From an uncultured virus (IMG/VR IMGVR_UViG_3300035498_000413) (Duplodnaviria > Heunggongvirae > Uroviricota > Caudoviricetes), in the IMG/VR virus record IMGVR_UViG_3300035498_000413, positions 1 through 64,000 of that record: a stretch of 64,000 nucleotides of DNA; one strand, given 5' to 3'. This document shows positions 51,455 through 61,763 of this stretch, one piece after another (within the stretch, counting starts at the first letter, position 1; every line of letters begins with the position of its first letter). The notes beneath the pieces were generated by a model that had not been told where the DNA came from, did no database searches, and saw nothing but the letters and a program-made list of their open reading frames with translations. The position numbers were made by a program, and so were the translations under genes.

Positions 51455-51954
51455 TTCTCAAACCTCTCAATCAATACAGATCTAAAACCATAACCAATCA
51501 ATTCAGGAACAGTAGGATAAGAAAAATTATCAAACATAGATTCAATAGCGGAATCGGGTACGTGCGCGAAACCAGATCGTTCTGCATTACGCTGGACTGC
51601 ACTTTCATAGCTAGTAAGCATTACCGCGACCCGCAGCATGATATTTCCTTCAATCTTAATACGAGAAAGCAGTTTGTGGCGAGAAGCATGACTTACATGA
51701 GTCGCATCGACAAAGATATACTTTACACCTTCCTTAATAGAAGAATTAATTCTATCAATAAAGTTATTAAATACTTCTTCTTCTCTGGAGAAATAATTCT
51801 CCGTATCTTCACCAATAAGCTCTTTACGGAATTCATCTCGAGAAATTACTACCGCAGTATCTCCATCTCTTCTATGAAGCTCCGCTTGCTTGTTAGCCCA
51901 TGTAGACTTGCCAGAAGCAGGAATTCCGCACATCATAATAATCTCATAAGTCAT
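51451..51954 (-). CDS. Polynucleotide kinase-like P-loop kinase (AAA_33)
   Basis: CGIPASGKST, ISRD..R, VDATH and RN..R motifs. Confidence 0.85.
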   Translation of the reverse strand: MTYEIIMMCGIPASGKSTWANKQAELHRRDGDTAVVISRDEFRKELIGEDTENYFSREEEVFNNFIDRINSSIKEGVKYIFVDATHVSHASRHKLLSRIKIEGNIMLRVAVMLTSYESAVQRNAERSGFAHVPDSAIESMFDNFSYPTVPELIGYGFRSVLIERFEN

Positions 51955-52210
51955 AAATAGATTCCTCTCTTTCAACTTCTAAAATAGATGCGGCAGCTTC
52001 TTCTTTAAATTCTCCCGCTTCAAAATTCTTCTTAAACTCTAAGAGTTCTTTGCTATTTTTAATTTCTACGTGATTACACGCTGCCTTGCAATTAGGACAA
52101 TATAATTTCTTTCTATGGAATTTCTCCCGAAAGCTACCTCGATTTCTATACACCGGTAAGCTGCGGTTCCCGCAATTTAAACAATATAAATCATGTACAC
52201 ACATTTTCAT
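51944..52210 (-). CDS. Zn-ribbon protein
   Basis: CLNCG...H.KKLYCPNC. Confidence 0.7.
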   Translation of the reverse strand: MKMCVHDLYCLNCGNRSLPVYRNRGSFREKFHRKKLYCPNCKAACNHVEIKNSKELLEFKKNFEAGEFKEEAAASILEVEREESIYDL

Positions 52211-52218
52211 CCTTTTGT

Positions 52219-52857
52219 TTAACCTCCTACTACGCGAGATTCAAAAGTATCAAGGTTAAACAAGACAGCTTTTCCAGTATACGCACTCGCAATATCAATA
52301 TCAATTTTATGGCCGTTGCAATACCACATAGGGCCGAGATTTTCTAACTTCTTACCGATATATCCTTCCATTTCTTGAACTGGAGTATGTCCATGTACAA
52401 TAATGTCATAGCCAATCGGCTCTTCTAAGAAATTATGTCTATCCCAAAGAACTTCTTCTGGATCTTCACTCTCACAGCCAGAATGATTTAATAAAATCAT
52501 ATGTCCAGTTTCGCTAAAATGCTCAACACTAAGAGGAAGCTCTTCAAGTTTTTTAATCCAAGACTCATCGGCGCCTTCTTTCTGCCATTCCGCATAAGTG
52601 ATACTCCCGCCGTTCCATTGGAGTAAAGGAAGTTCGCAATCATTTCTCATTGCATCTTCTAACATTTGTTCGTGGTTGCCTTTAACATAAATCCATTGAG
52701 GATTATTATAAATAGCTTTAATCAACTTCCAACCATCAAGACCTCTATCTGCGGCGTCCCCAAGAAAACAAACTTTATCTTCGGGGTTAAGAAGTTCACA
52801 AATCTTCAAATAAATATCATATCGGCCATGGAGATCTGATACTGCATAAACACTCAT
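52219..52857 (-). CDS. Ser/Thr phosphatase-like metallophosphoesterase
   Basis: SDLHG, GDAADRG, GNHE and HGHTP motifs. Confidence 0.9.
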   Translation of the reverse strand: MSVYAVSDLHGRYDIYLKICELLNPEDKVCFLGDAADRGLDGWKLIKAIYNNPQWIYVKGNHEQMLEDAMRNDCELPLLQWNGGSITYAEWQKEGADESWIKKLEELPLSVEHFSETGHMILLNHSGCESEDPEEVLWDRHNFLEEPIGYDIIVHGHTPVQEMEGYIGKKLENLGPMWYCNGHKIDIDIASAYTGKAVLFNLDTFESRVVGG

Positions 52858-52874
52858 TTTATCAATCCTTTCTA

Positions 52875-53459
52875 TTATTCAAATAACTCCTTTAATACTC
52901 TAGGCGAGTAAGTTCTAGTTTCAAGATTGCTGTTATATTTATCAATCAGATTAGCTACGTTAATAGCTCCAGCTTTTTCAAGCGTTGTAATAAGAGTAAA
53001 TTTGTCTTTAATTTCTCTTCGCTTTTCTCTGACTTCTTTCAGTTGTTTCATCAAACAAATAGCTCGTAAGCCTACCATCTCTTCAAACTCGATTTTATGA
53101 AGGATATCTTCTTGCATCTTGTCATATTCACTTAGCTTCATAGTATAATAAGCCTTTAAAGACTTAAGGTTTTTAGTGCTCTTAGAAAAAGCGTTTGCTG
53201 CATCAAGCAAGTTATCAAACTTAGCTTCAATATCTGCAACTTCTTCTTCTGTTTGAGGAAGGCTTGAATCGTAAGGAATAATCTGCGCTTCTTCAAAAGA
53301 AGATTCTCCTTTATTCAGCCGAATTTCTTTCTCTCTTTCTGCATAATTAGCATTACTAAACTTAGCAGCAGACTCAATACTAGCAGCGAATACTAATGCT
53401 CCTTTGCTGTCTTGGGCGTAGTAAGTCTTAGAAGAAGGAAAATAAATTACATATTTCAT
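52875..53459 (-). CDS. Hypothetical coiled-coil protein
   Basis: QEDILHKIE...REKRREIKD. Confidence 0.65.
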   Translation of the reverse strand: MKYVIYFPSSKTYYAQDSKGALVFAASIESAAKFSNANYAEREKEIRLNKGESSFEEAQIIPYDSSLPQTEEEVADIEAKFDNLLDAANAFSKSTKNLKSLKAYYTMKLSEYDKMQEDILHKIEFEEMVGLRAICLMKQLKEVREKRREIKDKFTLITTLEKAGAINVANLIDKYNSNLETRTYSPRVLKELFE

Positions 53460-53473
53460 AAGTACCAATCCTT

Positions 53474-53842
53474 TCAATCAATTCTTTCAGTCCAACCATT
53501 TGCCTTGATGATAGCCCTCATCTTCTGTGCACCAACTGGGTTCATGCTATGGATTTTGATAGGTGGAATAATTCAATCATTGACATGAGCATTATATTCG
53601 AGCCAGTTAAGAAACTCAATATAATCTCCTCCATCGGCCGGAGAACCATAATCACCAGCATCATGGTCAATATCAATTACCTCTACATTAAATTTCTTAA
53701 TGTAGCAGAGTTGATGATTTTCATCGTAGTACTTCTCGAAGCGAGCCATTCCTTTGAAGCGCATCTTAGCTTCATTAACAGTCTTAATCCAGCGATAACC
53801 TTTAGGAGCAGGCCGCACATCATCAATCCACATCTTCATCAT
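53474..53842 (-). CDS. Cyclic-phosphate-processing receiver-domain protein with an internal in-frame TGA (53573-53575)
   Basis: WIDDVRPAP and DIDHDAG before the TGA; the family motif IHSMNPVG follows in the same frame. Confidence 0.7.
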
Positions 53843-53938
53843 TTTCAATCAATCCTTTCCTTAACTTCCTATAGATATTATAATATAAATTTTATTAAAA
53901 ATAAATAAAAGCTCTCTAGCCAAAGAGAGCTTTTAATC

Positions 53939-54166
53939 TTATTTATTAGATTTATTACTAAAATATATATTAAAACTTTCAAGAACAAGACAAATAACAG
54001 GCCCAATAGCTAGATCCCAAGTGCAAGTAATCCCCATTATAATTGCAATAATATCACACGCAAGTACGATACTCCAGCCAACAACAAAAAACAATGGAGT
54101 ATTAAGTTTCTCATAGAACAAACAATAAATAATTACTGCAATAACAACAATAGTAGCAAAAATCAT
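53939..54166 (-). CDS. Small multi-TM membrane protein
   Basis: Three hydrophobic segments. Confidence 0.6.
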   Translation of the reverse strand: MIFATIVVIAVIIYCLFYEKLNTPLFFVVGWSIVLACDIIAIIMGITCTWDLAIGPVICLVLESFNIYFSNKSNK

Positions 54167-54654
54167 TAGTTTCCTCCAATAACAAACTTAGTAGTATTCA
54201 AAAACTCGATAATACATTTCTGAAAATCAGAAGGCACAGTAAAGTAAATCCATCCCTCTACAGTCTCTCCCGATTTACATTCAGTCCCTATAGGAAACGC
54301 ATCTTCCTCATTCCCGAACACCCAGTTTTCACACATTATATCATCTGCATAGCAAGAGAAGTCAAGACTGCCAATGTTAATAGAAGATTCACTTGTATTA
54401 TCAAATACGAAGTAGATTCTTTCTACTTCATATCCTTCTGCTGGGGCAGCATACTGTGAGTAAGTTGTAAACTCTTCTGCGGCCGTAGCTGTAAGGTTAT
54501 AAGACCTAGTGGTTGATGTTTCATTTAAAGCGAAGTTTGCGGGCGCCGAATCAGAATTTTCTCCGCTTACGAATAACATTACTACAGCAATTAATACTAT
54601 AGCCCATACAATAATAATTAAAATATAATCTGTATTTATATTTTTAATTATCAT
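54166..54654 (-). CDS. Membrane-anchored DUF4352-like Ig-fold protein
   Basis: N-terminal TM helix; DFSCYAD...GETVEGWIYFTVP. Confidence 0.65.
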   Translation of the reverse strand: MIIKNINTDYILIIIVWAIVLIAVVMLFVSGENSDSAPANFALNETSTTRSYNLTATAAEEFTTYSQYAAPAEGYEVERIYFVFDNTSESSINIGSLDFSCYADDIMCENWVFGNEEDAFPIGTECKSGETVEGWIYFTVPSDFQKCIIEFLNTTKFVIGGN

Positions 54655-55936
54655 TCACCTCCAACTCTTGTGCTTCTTCCATATCGGGTGCTTTGGCGCT
54701 ATCCTTAATTAAACCTTCCAGAATCTTAAATTCTACGGTCTTAGACTTATAAGCTTCAAACCGAGGTCGGTTTACAATTCTAACTACTACGCCTTCTTTG
54801 ATATGAGTCTTGCCGATAGGATCAGTCAAATCTTCAAAATATGCGTTAATGCGGTTCTGCAGGTCTTCGGCGGTAGTAAACTCGAAATCATCCACTACAG
54901 GAACTCGATTAAAGTTATGAATATTACACCATTCAGTAATTTCATCAGGCGTCCATTCCTTGCGTCCATTATCAGAAGTAATACGGTAAATCCACATCGC
55001 AGAGTGACCGGGAGTACAACCATAGTTAAAAGTGGTGGTATCCCCATATTGCTTTACGAAATTTTTATCATTGATTTTTGCATTATCACAAATAGGCATA
55101 ATAGTTTGCGTTTCTTGAGGCCCATAATATCCAACTACTTCATAGTATACCTCAAGTGAGTCCTGCATAAAAGGCGCCAATGCTTCATGGTGAGGAAATC
55201 TAAAAGTATCAGTTCCATAGTACCCAGTAGAATTTTCATGAATAACAGTACGTCTAGTACCAAGCACATAAGCAGGCTTAGTCTTTTTCTTCATATGAAA
55301 TAATCTGCGGAACCAATTATTAGGAAGCTCACCATAAGTCATCATAGAACGCTGGCTAGTGCCGTGCATCTTCAAAGTAATATTAATCTTATCACCAGGC
55401 TTAAAAGCATCCATATTATAAGCTAACTGTTGAGTGTCAGAGTGCATAGAGAACTCAGGATAAATGATACCTTCAGCTTTGCGGCCCTTATAAGAAGTTT
55501 TCTTAGCCCCATGATAAACATCAGTTTGCTTAGGAATATACTTTTTACAGAATCGCTTTTCTTTCCCATCCACAAAGATAGAGGTTACTTCTTGTCCATC
55601 ATTCCAATTCTGATAGCCAAATACACTATAAATTTTAGAGATAGGAATAACAATACCTTCCGAGCGGTTTCCTCTCAGCTTAATTGCTCTAATATGACCA
55701 TTATTCTCGATATATCCACCTTGGATACTACCATCCATATTCTTGCGGAAAAGCTTGAAGGCGTCTCCAAACCATCGCTCAATCTGTCCATCCTGCGGAA
55801 GATAAAGTACCTTATCACCATCAACAGAATCAGGACCTACGATAACGCCCTCGCCGTAACATTCAGCGAGATACAAACGGTCACTATTCTCGGCCTTCCG
55901 CACATTCTTTAAAGTAGTCACGTATGCGCAATACAT
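54644..55936 (-). CDS. RNA ligase (Rnl2/DRB0094-like) with N-terminal OB domain
   Basis: LRGNRSEG, motif I TLKMHGTS, YYEVVG, EGVVVR and YKSK. Confidence 0.8.
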   Translation of the reverse strand: MYCAYVTTLKNVRKAENSDRLYLAECYGEGVIVGPDSVDGDKVLYLPQDGQIERWFGDAFKLFRKNMDGSIQGGYIENNGHIRAIKLRGNRSEGIVIPISKIYSVFGYQNWNDGQEVTSIFVDGKEKRFCKKYIPKQTDVYHGAKKTSYKGRKAEGIIYPEFSMHSDTQQLAYNMDAFKPGDKINITLKMHGTSQRSMMTYGELPNNWFRRLFHMKKKTKPAYVLGTRRTVIHENSTGYYGTDTFRFPHHEALAPFMQDSLEVYYEVVGYYGPQETQTIMPICDNAKINDKNFVKQYGDTTTFNYGCTPGHSAMWIYRITSDNGRKEWTPDEITEWCNIHNFNRVPVVDDFEFTTAEDLQNRINAYFEDLTDPIGKTHIKEGVVVRIVNRPRFEAYKSKTVEFKILEGLIKDSAKAPDMEEAQELEVNDN

Positions 55937-55937
55937 A

Positions 55938-56441
55938 TTACATTACCCTCCAATCAAAATCGGGATGCTGGTTAATAAAAGGCATCACAACTTCTCTTAT
56001 TGCTCCAAGAGCAGTAACTCTATCAATAAAAACAATAGAAAGAAAAGGAACTTGTTCAGTCTCTCCTGCCGCGAGACATTTAACGCTAAATTCATTATCA
56101 GAAAAACAAATGATAAAAACAGCTTCATCTCTCGTCAGCTCAATCTTATCTCCTTCATACTGCATAGTGTATCGCCACAGCAGCCTCCGCAGAATTTCTC
56201 GATAGCTTTGCTGAACCATCATAGCTTCATTAGTACAGTAATTTCCTACTGCATATAGACTATCCTCAAATGTAGAGTTGCAATCTCCTTCTTCGGCCAC
56301 TTCACCATCAATATCAATGAAGTAAAATAGATCGTCTGACTGTCTATCAAACTCATTTTTGAAGTAAATACTCTCCAGATGATTTGCTTCTTCATTGCTC
56401 AGATAACGCTTCCGCCCATTGACGTAGATATAATTATCCAT
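55938..56441 (-). CDS. Hypothetical protein
   Basis: 167-aa ORF in the operon. Confidence 0.6.
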   Translation of the reverse strand: MDNYIYVNGRKRYLSNEEANHLESIYFKNEFDRQSDDLFYFIDIDGEVAEEGDCNSTFEDSLYAVGNYCTNEAMMVQQSYREILRRLLWRYTMQYEGDKIELTRDEAVFIICFSDNEFSVKCLAAGETEQVPFLSIVFIDRVTALGAIREVVMPFINQHPDFDWRVM

Positions 56442-57213
56442 TAGCTTCCTCCTTAACGCACTTCCGCACCATATAGTTTACGACTTCTCGATAATCTTTT
56501 CTCAAGTTCTGGTTGCTAGGTTCCACAGGAAAATAACTTTTAAAAAGAGTAAAGGTAGGCATAATCATATCTGCCATAGCTTTAGCTTCTTCCAAATTCC
56601 ATTTTCCTTCTTTTGCTTCTTTAACCTGGGTCCAAGGAATTTCCTTCAAAGAAGCCTCATAGTTCTTAGTAGCCATGTAATTCAGCAGAAGATATTCAAG
56701 TCGGAACAGATGGCTGAGACACTTGGAATAATCTTCTCTTCCATCACGGATTCTCTTATGCTCATTCTTGGCCATACCTCGAATATTGTTGGCTAAAGCA
56801 AGAGGATGAAGTCTTACAAGATCTTCGCGTGCGGCGGTGAGTAGGTCCCATTCATCCTTATACTTAGGATTCACGATTTTATAATCCGTGAACAAAGTTT
56901 CAAGAATCGAGATACTCGGCTTCGTAAGACTCTGATACCAAAGTCTAATGTCCTTAACCACGATATGCCACGTATCATTGGTGGTAGTTTCATAAGTAAC
57001 CATCTCACCATTGATAAGCTGGTCAAGAGTAGGAGTTACAAGAAGAACAGTATCAACATCGGACTGCTCAGTATCAAGCCCATAGTTGCCAGAGCCGTAG
57101 TAGAACAGCCCTACGATGTTATTCTCTTTTACGCAGCGGTCCGCGCACAGCGCATAAATTTCTTCCATGCGAGCCATAATCCATTCATCAGAGTGAAAAT
57201 TCTTCATAACCAT
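56434..57213 (-). CDS. Pol-beta-superfamily nucleotidyltransferase (RlaP-like)
   Basis: YGSGNYGLDTEQSDVD motif and ILETLFT. Confidence 0.78.
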   Translation of the reverse strand: MVMKNFHSDEWIMARMEEIYALCADRCVKENNIVGLFYYGSGNYGLDTEQSDVDTVLLVTPTLDQLINGEMVTYETTTNDTWHIVVKDIRLWYQSLTKPSISILETLFTDYKIVNPKYKDEWDLLTAAREDLVRLHPLALANNIRGMAKNEHKRIRDGREDYSKCLSHLFRLEYLLLNYMATKNYEASLKEIPWTQVKEAKEGKWNLEEAKAMADMIMPTFTLFKSYFPVEPSNQNLRKDYREVVNYMVRKCVKEEANG

Positions 57214-57223
57214 CAATCCTTTC

Positions 57224-57823
57224 TCAAACAATAATAATTGGTTCTACTTCTTGATTCGTGCTTAAAATACAAAAAGGACGTTGTACTCCCTCACATAGCT
57301 CTTCTGCTGCTTCAAGAGCGTAAGTAATATGTTCAACTGGAGTTAGCTTATCTTTAAAATGCTTTGTCGTAGTAATTAGACTTGCTAGTGCTGCATTTTC
57401 ACCACAACCAACCGCCGCAAATCCAGAATTCGATCGCAAAACAGAATAATCACTTTGAATTTCAAATAGCTTATCTTCTACTCCAAGGAGGAAGTTTCCA
57501 CCTCGTTCTTCGCTAGGCTTATCAATAATATTTTCTTGAAATAAAGTTATTAGATTAGGAATAAAAGTTTTAACCATATATTTATGGTCAATATCTTTTC
57601 CTTTATACCAATCAATTTCAGGAAAAAGTTTTTCACTATACTTTAACAAATCCATATGGCGAAACGACCCTGTGCTTCCCATAATGACATTTTTAAATGT
57701 ATCATGTCTAAATACTTTTGGCAAAGCTTGTACGTCTTTAGTATAACCATTACTACCTAAGGCATCTCCGCCTATCCAAACCTGATTAGTTTCTTTATCT
57801 GTAAATCCAACAATGCAAGTCAT
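57224..57823 (-). CDS. Ntn-hydrolase, HslV/proteasome beta-like peptidase
   Basis: MTCIVG with N-terminal Thr nucleophile; GGD, K33-like PKVF and AVGCG. Confidence 0.75.
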   Translation of the reverse strand: MTCIVGFTDKETNQVWIGGDALGSNGYTKDVQALPKVFRHDTFKNVIMGSTGSFRHMDLLKYSEKLFPEIDWYKGKDIDHKYMVKTFIPNLITLFQENIIDKPSEERGGNFLLGVEDKLFEIQSDYSVLRSNSGFAAVGCGENAALASLITTTKHFKDKLTPVEHITYALEAAEELCEGVQRPFCILSTNQEVEPIIIV

Positions 57824-57883
57824 TTCTTCTTTCTCCTTTAACTTTCTATAGATATAATACTATATTTTTTCTATAAAATAAAA

Positions 57884-58219
57884 TCACTTATCTTTCACGA
57901 TAAATATCTTACCCTGTTGTTCTAATACTTCATATCTATTTGAAAAATCAATCATAGAAACTGAATCATCTATCATCACTTGATAATGAGTCTCATATAC
58001 TGGCTCACTAGTTAAGTACCCAATAGCTTGAATACCAAAAAAACCAAAAATTGCAGAGCATAAAAGTAATACGTATCCTACACCTCCAAGGGAAGTTACT
58101 GCTATAGTTCCAACCGCACATATCATAAGTATAATAATTATAAATCCTATGAATGTTGCTACAGTCCAATTACGTTCAGCGATAATACTAAATTCATTTA
58201 GAATAGTTACTCCTTGCAT
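57884..58219 (-). CDS. Two-TM membrane protein
   Basis: Two hydrophobic helices; YQVMIDDSVS. Confidence 0.65.
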   Translation of the reverse strand: MQGVTILNEFSIIAERNWTVATFIGFIIIILMICAVGTIAVTSLGGVGYVLLLCSAIFGFFGIQAIGYLTSEPVYETHYQVMIDDSVSMIDFSNRYEVLEQQGKIFIVKDK

Positions 58220-58686
58220 CTATTCTCAATCCTTTCTGCAATCTCAACGATCTTATCACCACTAGTTTGAATTTCTTCTTTAGCTTGTTCATGCAGCCTC
58301 TCGATATCACGTTGTACAGATTTATAAATAGCAATCATTGCCTCATTATTCTTAGCTTGAGTTTCAAGTGCTTTTTTATGTTTAACTAATCTTCTAGTAG
58401 CTAAAAAATCTTCAAAGCTCATTCTAACATAATGACTCTCGAAGTTATCTTCTCTATATCTCCACTGAAAATCACGAGGAAGTTCCCATCTATTTGGATT
58501 TACTTCATACAAATCTTTAAATATTTCATATGTGATAGTTGGTCCATCATATAAACATTCATAATAACGTTTTTTTATTTTTCTTTTTTCTATAAATTTT
58601 ACTTTATCGTTTGAGCAAGCATTAGCGAAAAGAATAATACCAATTATGCCTGCTGAAATTAAAATTACTAAAATTATTCCTAACAT
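58207..58686 (-). CDS. Membrane-anchored hypothetical protein
   Basis: N-terminal TM helix and coiled-coil tail. Confidence 0.65.
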   Translation of the reverse strand: MLGIILVILISAGIIGIILFANACSNDKVKFIEKRKIKKRYYECLYDGPTITYEIFKDLYEVNPNRWELPRDFQWRYREDNFESHYVRMSFEDFLATRRLVKHKKALETQAKNNEAMIAIYKSVQRDIERLHEQAKEEIQTSGDKIVEIAERIENRCKE

Positions 58687-58756
58687 ATTTATTATTTCCT
58701 TTTTATTTTATTATAACATTTTTATTATAAAAAAATAAAAGGGAGCCGTAGCTCCC

Positions 58757-59056
58757 TTAATGACAATATCTATCAATCAAAACCTTAGCTTCCTCTGGGT
58801 CAGTTAGACTAAGCAGCTTAGTATCACTCAGCTCGTCCTTATTAAAAACAACGTTCATAAAAGCGCACGTCCAATCTCCGAGTTCAATCCCCTCAAGATC
58901 TACCAGCCGCGCAAGCATTTCGCAAGCGGGGTCGATGATATCATTGAATGGAGAGTAATAAAGATCGGCAGGATAAAGAACTTCACTAATCTTGTCAAGA
59001 TAATCGGTATACTCAATAATCTTGTGTGCGTAATCGAGATAAATCTTAGCGTCCAT
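58757..59056 (-). CDS. Hypothetical protein
   Basis: RBS GGAGG; followed by hairpin GGGAGC/GCTCCC. Confidence 0.6.
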   Translation of the reverse strand: MDAKIYLDYAHKIIEYTDYLDKISEVLYPADLYYSPFNDIIDPACEMLARLVDLEGIELGDWTCAFMNVVFNKDELSDTKLLSLTDPEEAKVLIDRYCH

Positions 59057-59071
59057 ACTTAAATATCCTCC

Positions 59072-60544
59072 TTATCGAATCATGTCATACTTCTTTAAAG
59101 TTTCAAACATCAGTTCTTTACCAGTCTTGCCGGTAAGAATAGAATCCAAAATGACCGGGGAGTAACCACTTACAAAAGAAACACCGTTCTTAGGAGCCTC
59201 AGGAATAAGGTTATGTCTAGCATTGACATTCCAATATACAAGATTAGGCATCTTGTATCCATATTCTTCCCATTTGTTTCTAATAGTCTCCATACCAGAG
59301 TAAAGGCCCTCTAAGCTTCTGTAGTTCGTCATACTATCAAATTCCATATCAGAGATAATGATAATATTCTCAGGAAGTTCAGACTGCGGGAGCTGATGCT
59401 TTAAGGCGGTATTGAGCAGTAGATTAAATACAGCTTCAATATTAGTGTTATCGCAGAGCATATTATCATAGATATTAATTACCTGACTACAGAAATCTTG
59501 TCCAGTAATCTCTACTAGTTCAGGTCGGCTAGAAAAAGAAATATAATGGTTATAGAAAGGACTCCCAGGATTACACTTTCCAGCGCAATACAAACCTAAC
59601 GAGATTGCAACTTCGATCGGGCGTCCGTACATACTACCAGAAGTATCTACCACTGCAATACCATTGAATTTTGCGCCCTTAAAATAGTCGGTAAGATTTC
59701 CCCAATACTTGTTATATATTGCTCTATCTTCTAAGTCAGTATAGTGCATATCATAATAGCTCTTACCCATAACCTTATGCACTACATCAGCAGGATACAG
59801 AGTTCCAGCATGGACTTTAGTATTCTTAGACTGAATAAATTCCTGATATCGCTCAGAAGTTTCCTTATTCTTCAAAAAAGCTTTAGAATACTTCAAACCA
59901 GCCTTAGAAGGAACAGCCGAGAAATCAATCTCATCCCATCTCTTATCACTCATAAGACGCTCAAGAACGTTAGAATAATTCCGCAATTCTGACAGAGTCT
60001 TACGATACAGCTTGGGAGTCATATGAAGATATTCTCGAATCTTCTTAGCCTTTCTTCGAGTTTCTTGACTAGAAGTATTTTCACTAGGAAGCCATTTAGC
60101 AAGAAGGCTAATAGAATCTTCCTTAAGAGCGTTCTTAATATCCATCGCAAGCTGTTCTGCGATAAATTGCATAACCTCAGCTTCAACCGGAGTATCAAAC
60201 AGCTCGAATAAATCGTCCCATCTACCAAACTCAGGAATATATCCAAGATTCCGCAGAACTGCATCAGGGTCATAATTAGCCAACCACTTCAAACAAACTC
60301 GGAAAAAGGCTCTTTCGCCCTGGCCTCCGCGCGCATCACGCAAGTAAAACAAGCACTTCAAAGCAAAAGTAGGATTCTCTCGATAAGCAGAAGCAAAAAG
60401 TGCAATCGTATCTTCTTTACTACGCTCTCTATATGCGCCACCAAGGCTAAAGAGATCGAACACTCGATCTGCAGTAGTAGAATAACTCACGCCGCCATTT
60501 TCAGTATAAGTCTTAGATGCTTCAATCTTTAATTCATTTAACAT
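59072..60544 (-). CDS. DUF2828 / TROVE-vWA (Ro60-like) protein
   Basis: TENG, RDARGGQGER, GRWDDL, AKWLPSE, VVDTSGSM (MIDAS), ISDMEFD, YWNV and SGYSP. Confidence 0.85.
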   Translation of the reverse strand: MLNELKIEASKTYTENGGVSYSTTADRVFDLFSLGGAYRERSKEDTIALFASAYRENPTFALKCLFYLRDARGGQGERAFFRVCLKWLANYDPDAVLRNLGYIPEFGRWDDLFELFDTPVEAEVMQFIAEQLAMDIKNALKEDSISLLAKWLPSENTSSQETRRKAKKIREYLHMTPKLYRKTLSELRNYSNVLERLMSDKRWDEIDFSAVPSKAGLKYSKAFLKNKETSERYQEFIQSKNTKVHAGTLYPADVVHKVMGKSYYDMHYTDLEDRAIYNKYWGNLTDYFKGAKFNGIAVVDTSGSMYGRPIEVAISLGLYCAGKCNPGSPFYNHYISFSSRPELVEITGQDFCSQVINIYDNMLCDNTNIEAVFNLLLNTALKHQLPQSELPENIIIISDMEFDSMTNYRSLEGLYSGMETIRNKWEEYGYKMPNLVYWNVNARHNLIPEAPKNGVSFVSGYSPVILDSILTGKTGKELMFETLKKYDMIR

Positions 60545-60635
60545 ATAAAATCTCCTTTTTGCTGACTTTTCTTTTTTCAAGAAAAGTATCTCTCTTAACT
60601 TTCTATATACATTATACAATTTTTATAATAAAATT

Positions 60636-61166
60636 TCAAGTAATTTCTTTTCTAAAATAAGTATAAACGCATCGACATGAAGGATGATAAGGAGGAATTT
60701 CTTTTATTTCAGAGACAGGGACTGGAGGTCCGTCAAACGTATCGGCGCAATAACCGCAACAATCCTCGGCATGAAGAATTTCGCCATACATATCAGGAAT
60801 ATCCTTAAATAAGTTATAAGCAATTCTATTCACAATAGTATAACACTCATTATCAAGAATCAAAAGACAATGATATAGAGCTAGATTGCGGTCGCCGCAG
60901 TTCAGCCACTCCCGCACTCGAGATTCAAAGGTTTCCATATCATCATAGGTTACTGAAAATACAGCTATGTCGCCGGGGACTTCAATCTCGTATTCTGTAG
61001 TAATATATTTTATACACATAGCTAATACTTTTTCAAAAGAATCGTAGTATTCGTCGAACAATTCTTCACCTTTTCCTTCTGTTTTAAAATATCGAAGGAC
61101 TGCTTTAGCTATTGTGTTCTCTTGTTTTAAGAGATATTTCTCTATTTGTTCAATTAATTCTTTCAT
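60636..61166 (-). CDS. Protein with a Mu gpF-like C-terminal Cys/His motif
   Basis: DCCGYC...IPPYHPSCRC. Confidence 0.6.
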   Translation of the reverse strand: MKELIEQIEKYLLKQENTIAKAVLRYFKTEGKGEELFDEYYDSFEKVLAMCIKYITTEYEIEVPGDIAVFSVTYDDMETFESRVREWLNCGDRNLALYHCLLILDNECYTIVNRIAYNLFKDIPDMYGEILHAEDCCGYCADTFDGPPVPVSEIKEIPPYHPSCRCVYTYFRKEIT

Positions 61167-61172
61167 TACTTT

Positions 61173-61763
61173 TCACGAACTGCTAGATGTTTGGCTACAA
61201 TCTGTAGTACAGGTATTTCCGCTTTTACACTTGGAGCTTGTTGTATTACCTGATTTACATAAGTTACAGCCTTTACAGCTATCACAAGTATTGCAACCAG
61301 TATTGCAAACAGTACACTGATTTTTTTCATAAGTTAAATCATTAGCTTTATTGGCTAAATCTTCAAAATAAGAGCCATAAATATAAGTTTTTCCTGCTGT
61401 TGCTCTTTTGGAGCTTCCCACTAATGCAGCATAATTATTAAACCAAGATGCTTTAACTTCTTTATCAGTTTGTGTTGTAATTCCGCTGGTACTCTTGCCC
61501 CCAATACCTTTAGATCTTAAAGCTTTAACATATGCAGGAAGCCTATTCCAATCGGTAAGTTTAATTAATTCACTTCCAGCAGTTACCCCGCCATTCCATG
61601 CAAACTTATTAGAGCAATCGATACTATAAACTTCTTGAACTTTACAATACGTTTGTGCATCATCACAGGTTGTACAATTACCATTGTCACAATTATTACA
61701 ACTATCATTACAAGTATTGCAGCCATCGCAGTCTTGACAGCTAACACAAGTTTCACAACTCAT
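61173..61763 (-). CDS. Cys-rich protein with CxxC repeat arrays at both ends; candidate rSAM substrate
   Basis: ATG at 61763 after AGGAG, overlapping the rSAM stop; 22 Cys in two terminal arrays. Confidence 0.75.
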   Translation of the reverse strand: MSCETCVSCQDCDGCNTCNDSCNNCDNGNCTTCDDAQTYCKVQEVYSIDCSNKFAWNGGVTAGSELIKLTDWNRLPAYVKALRSKGIGGKSTSGITTQTDKEVKASWFNNYAALVGSSKRATAGKTYIYGSYFEDLANKANDLTYEKNQCTVCNTGCNTCDSCKGCNLCKSGNTTSSKCKSGNTCTTDCSQTSSSS

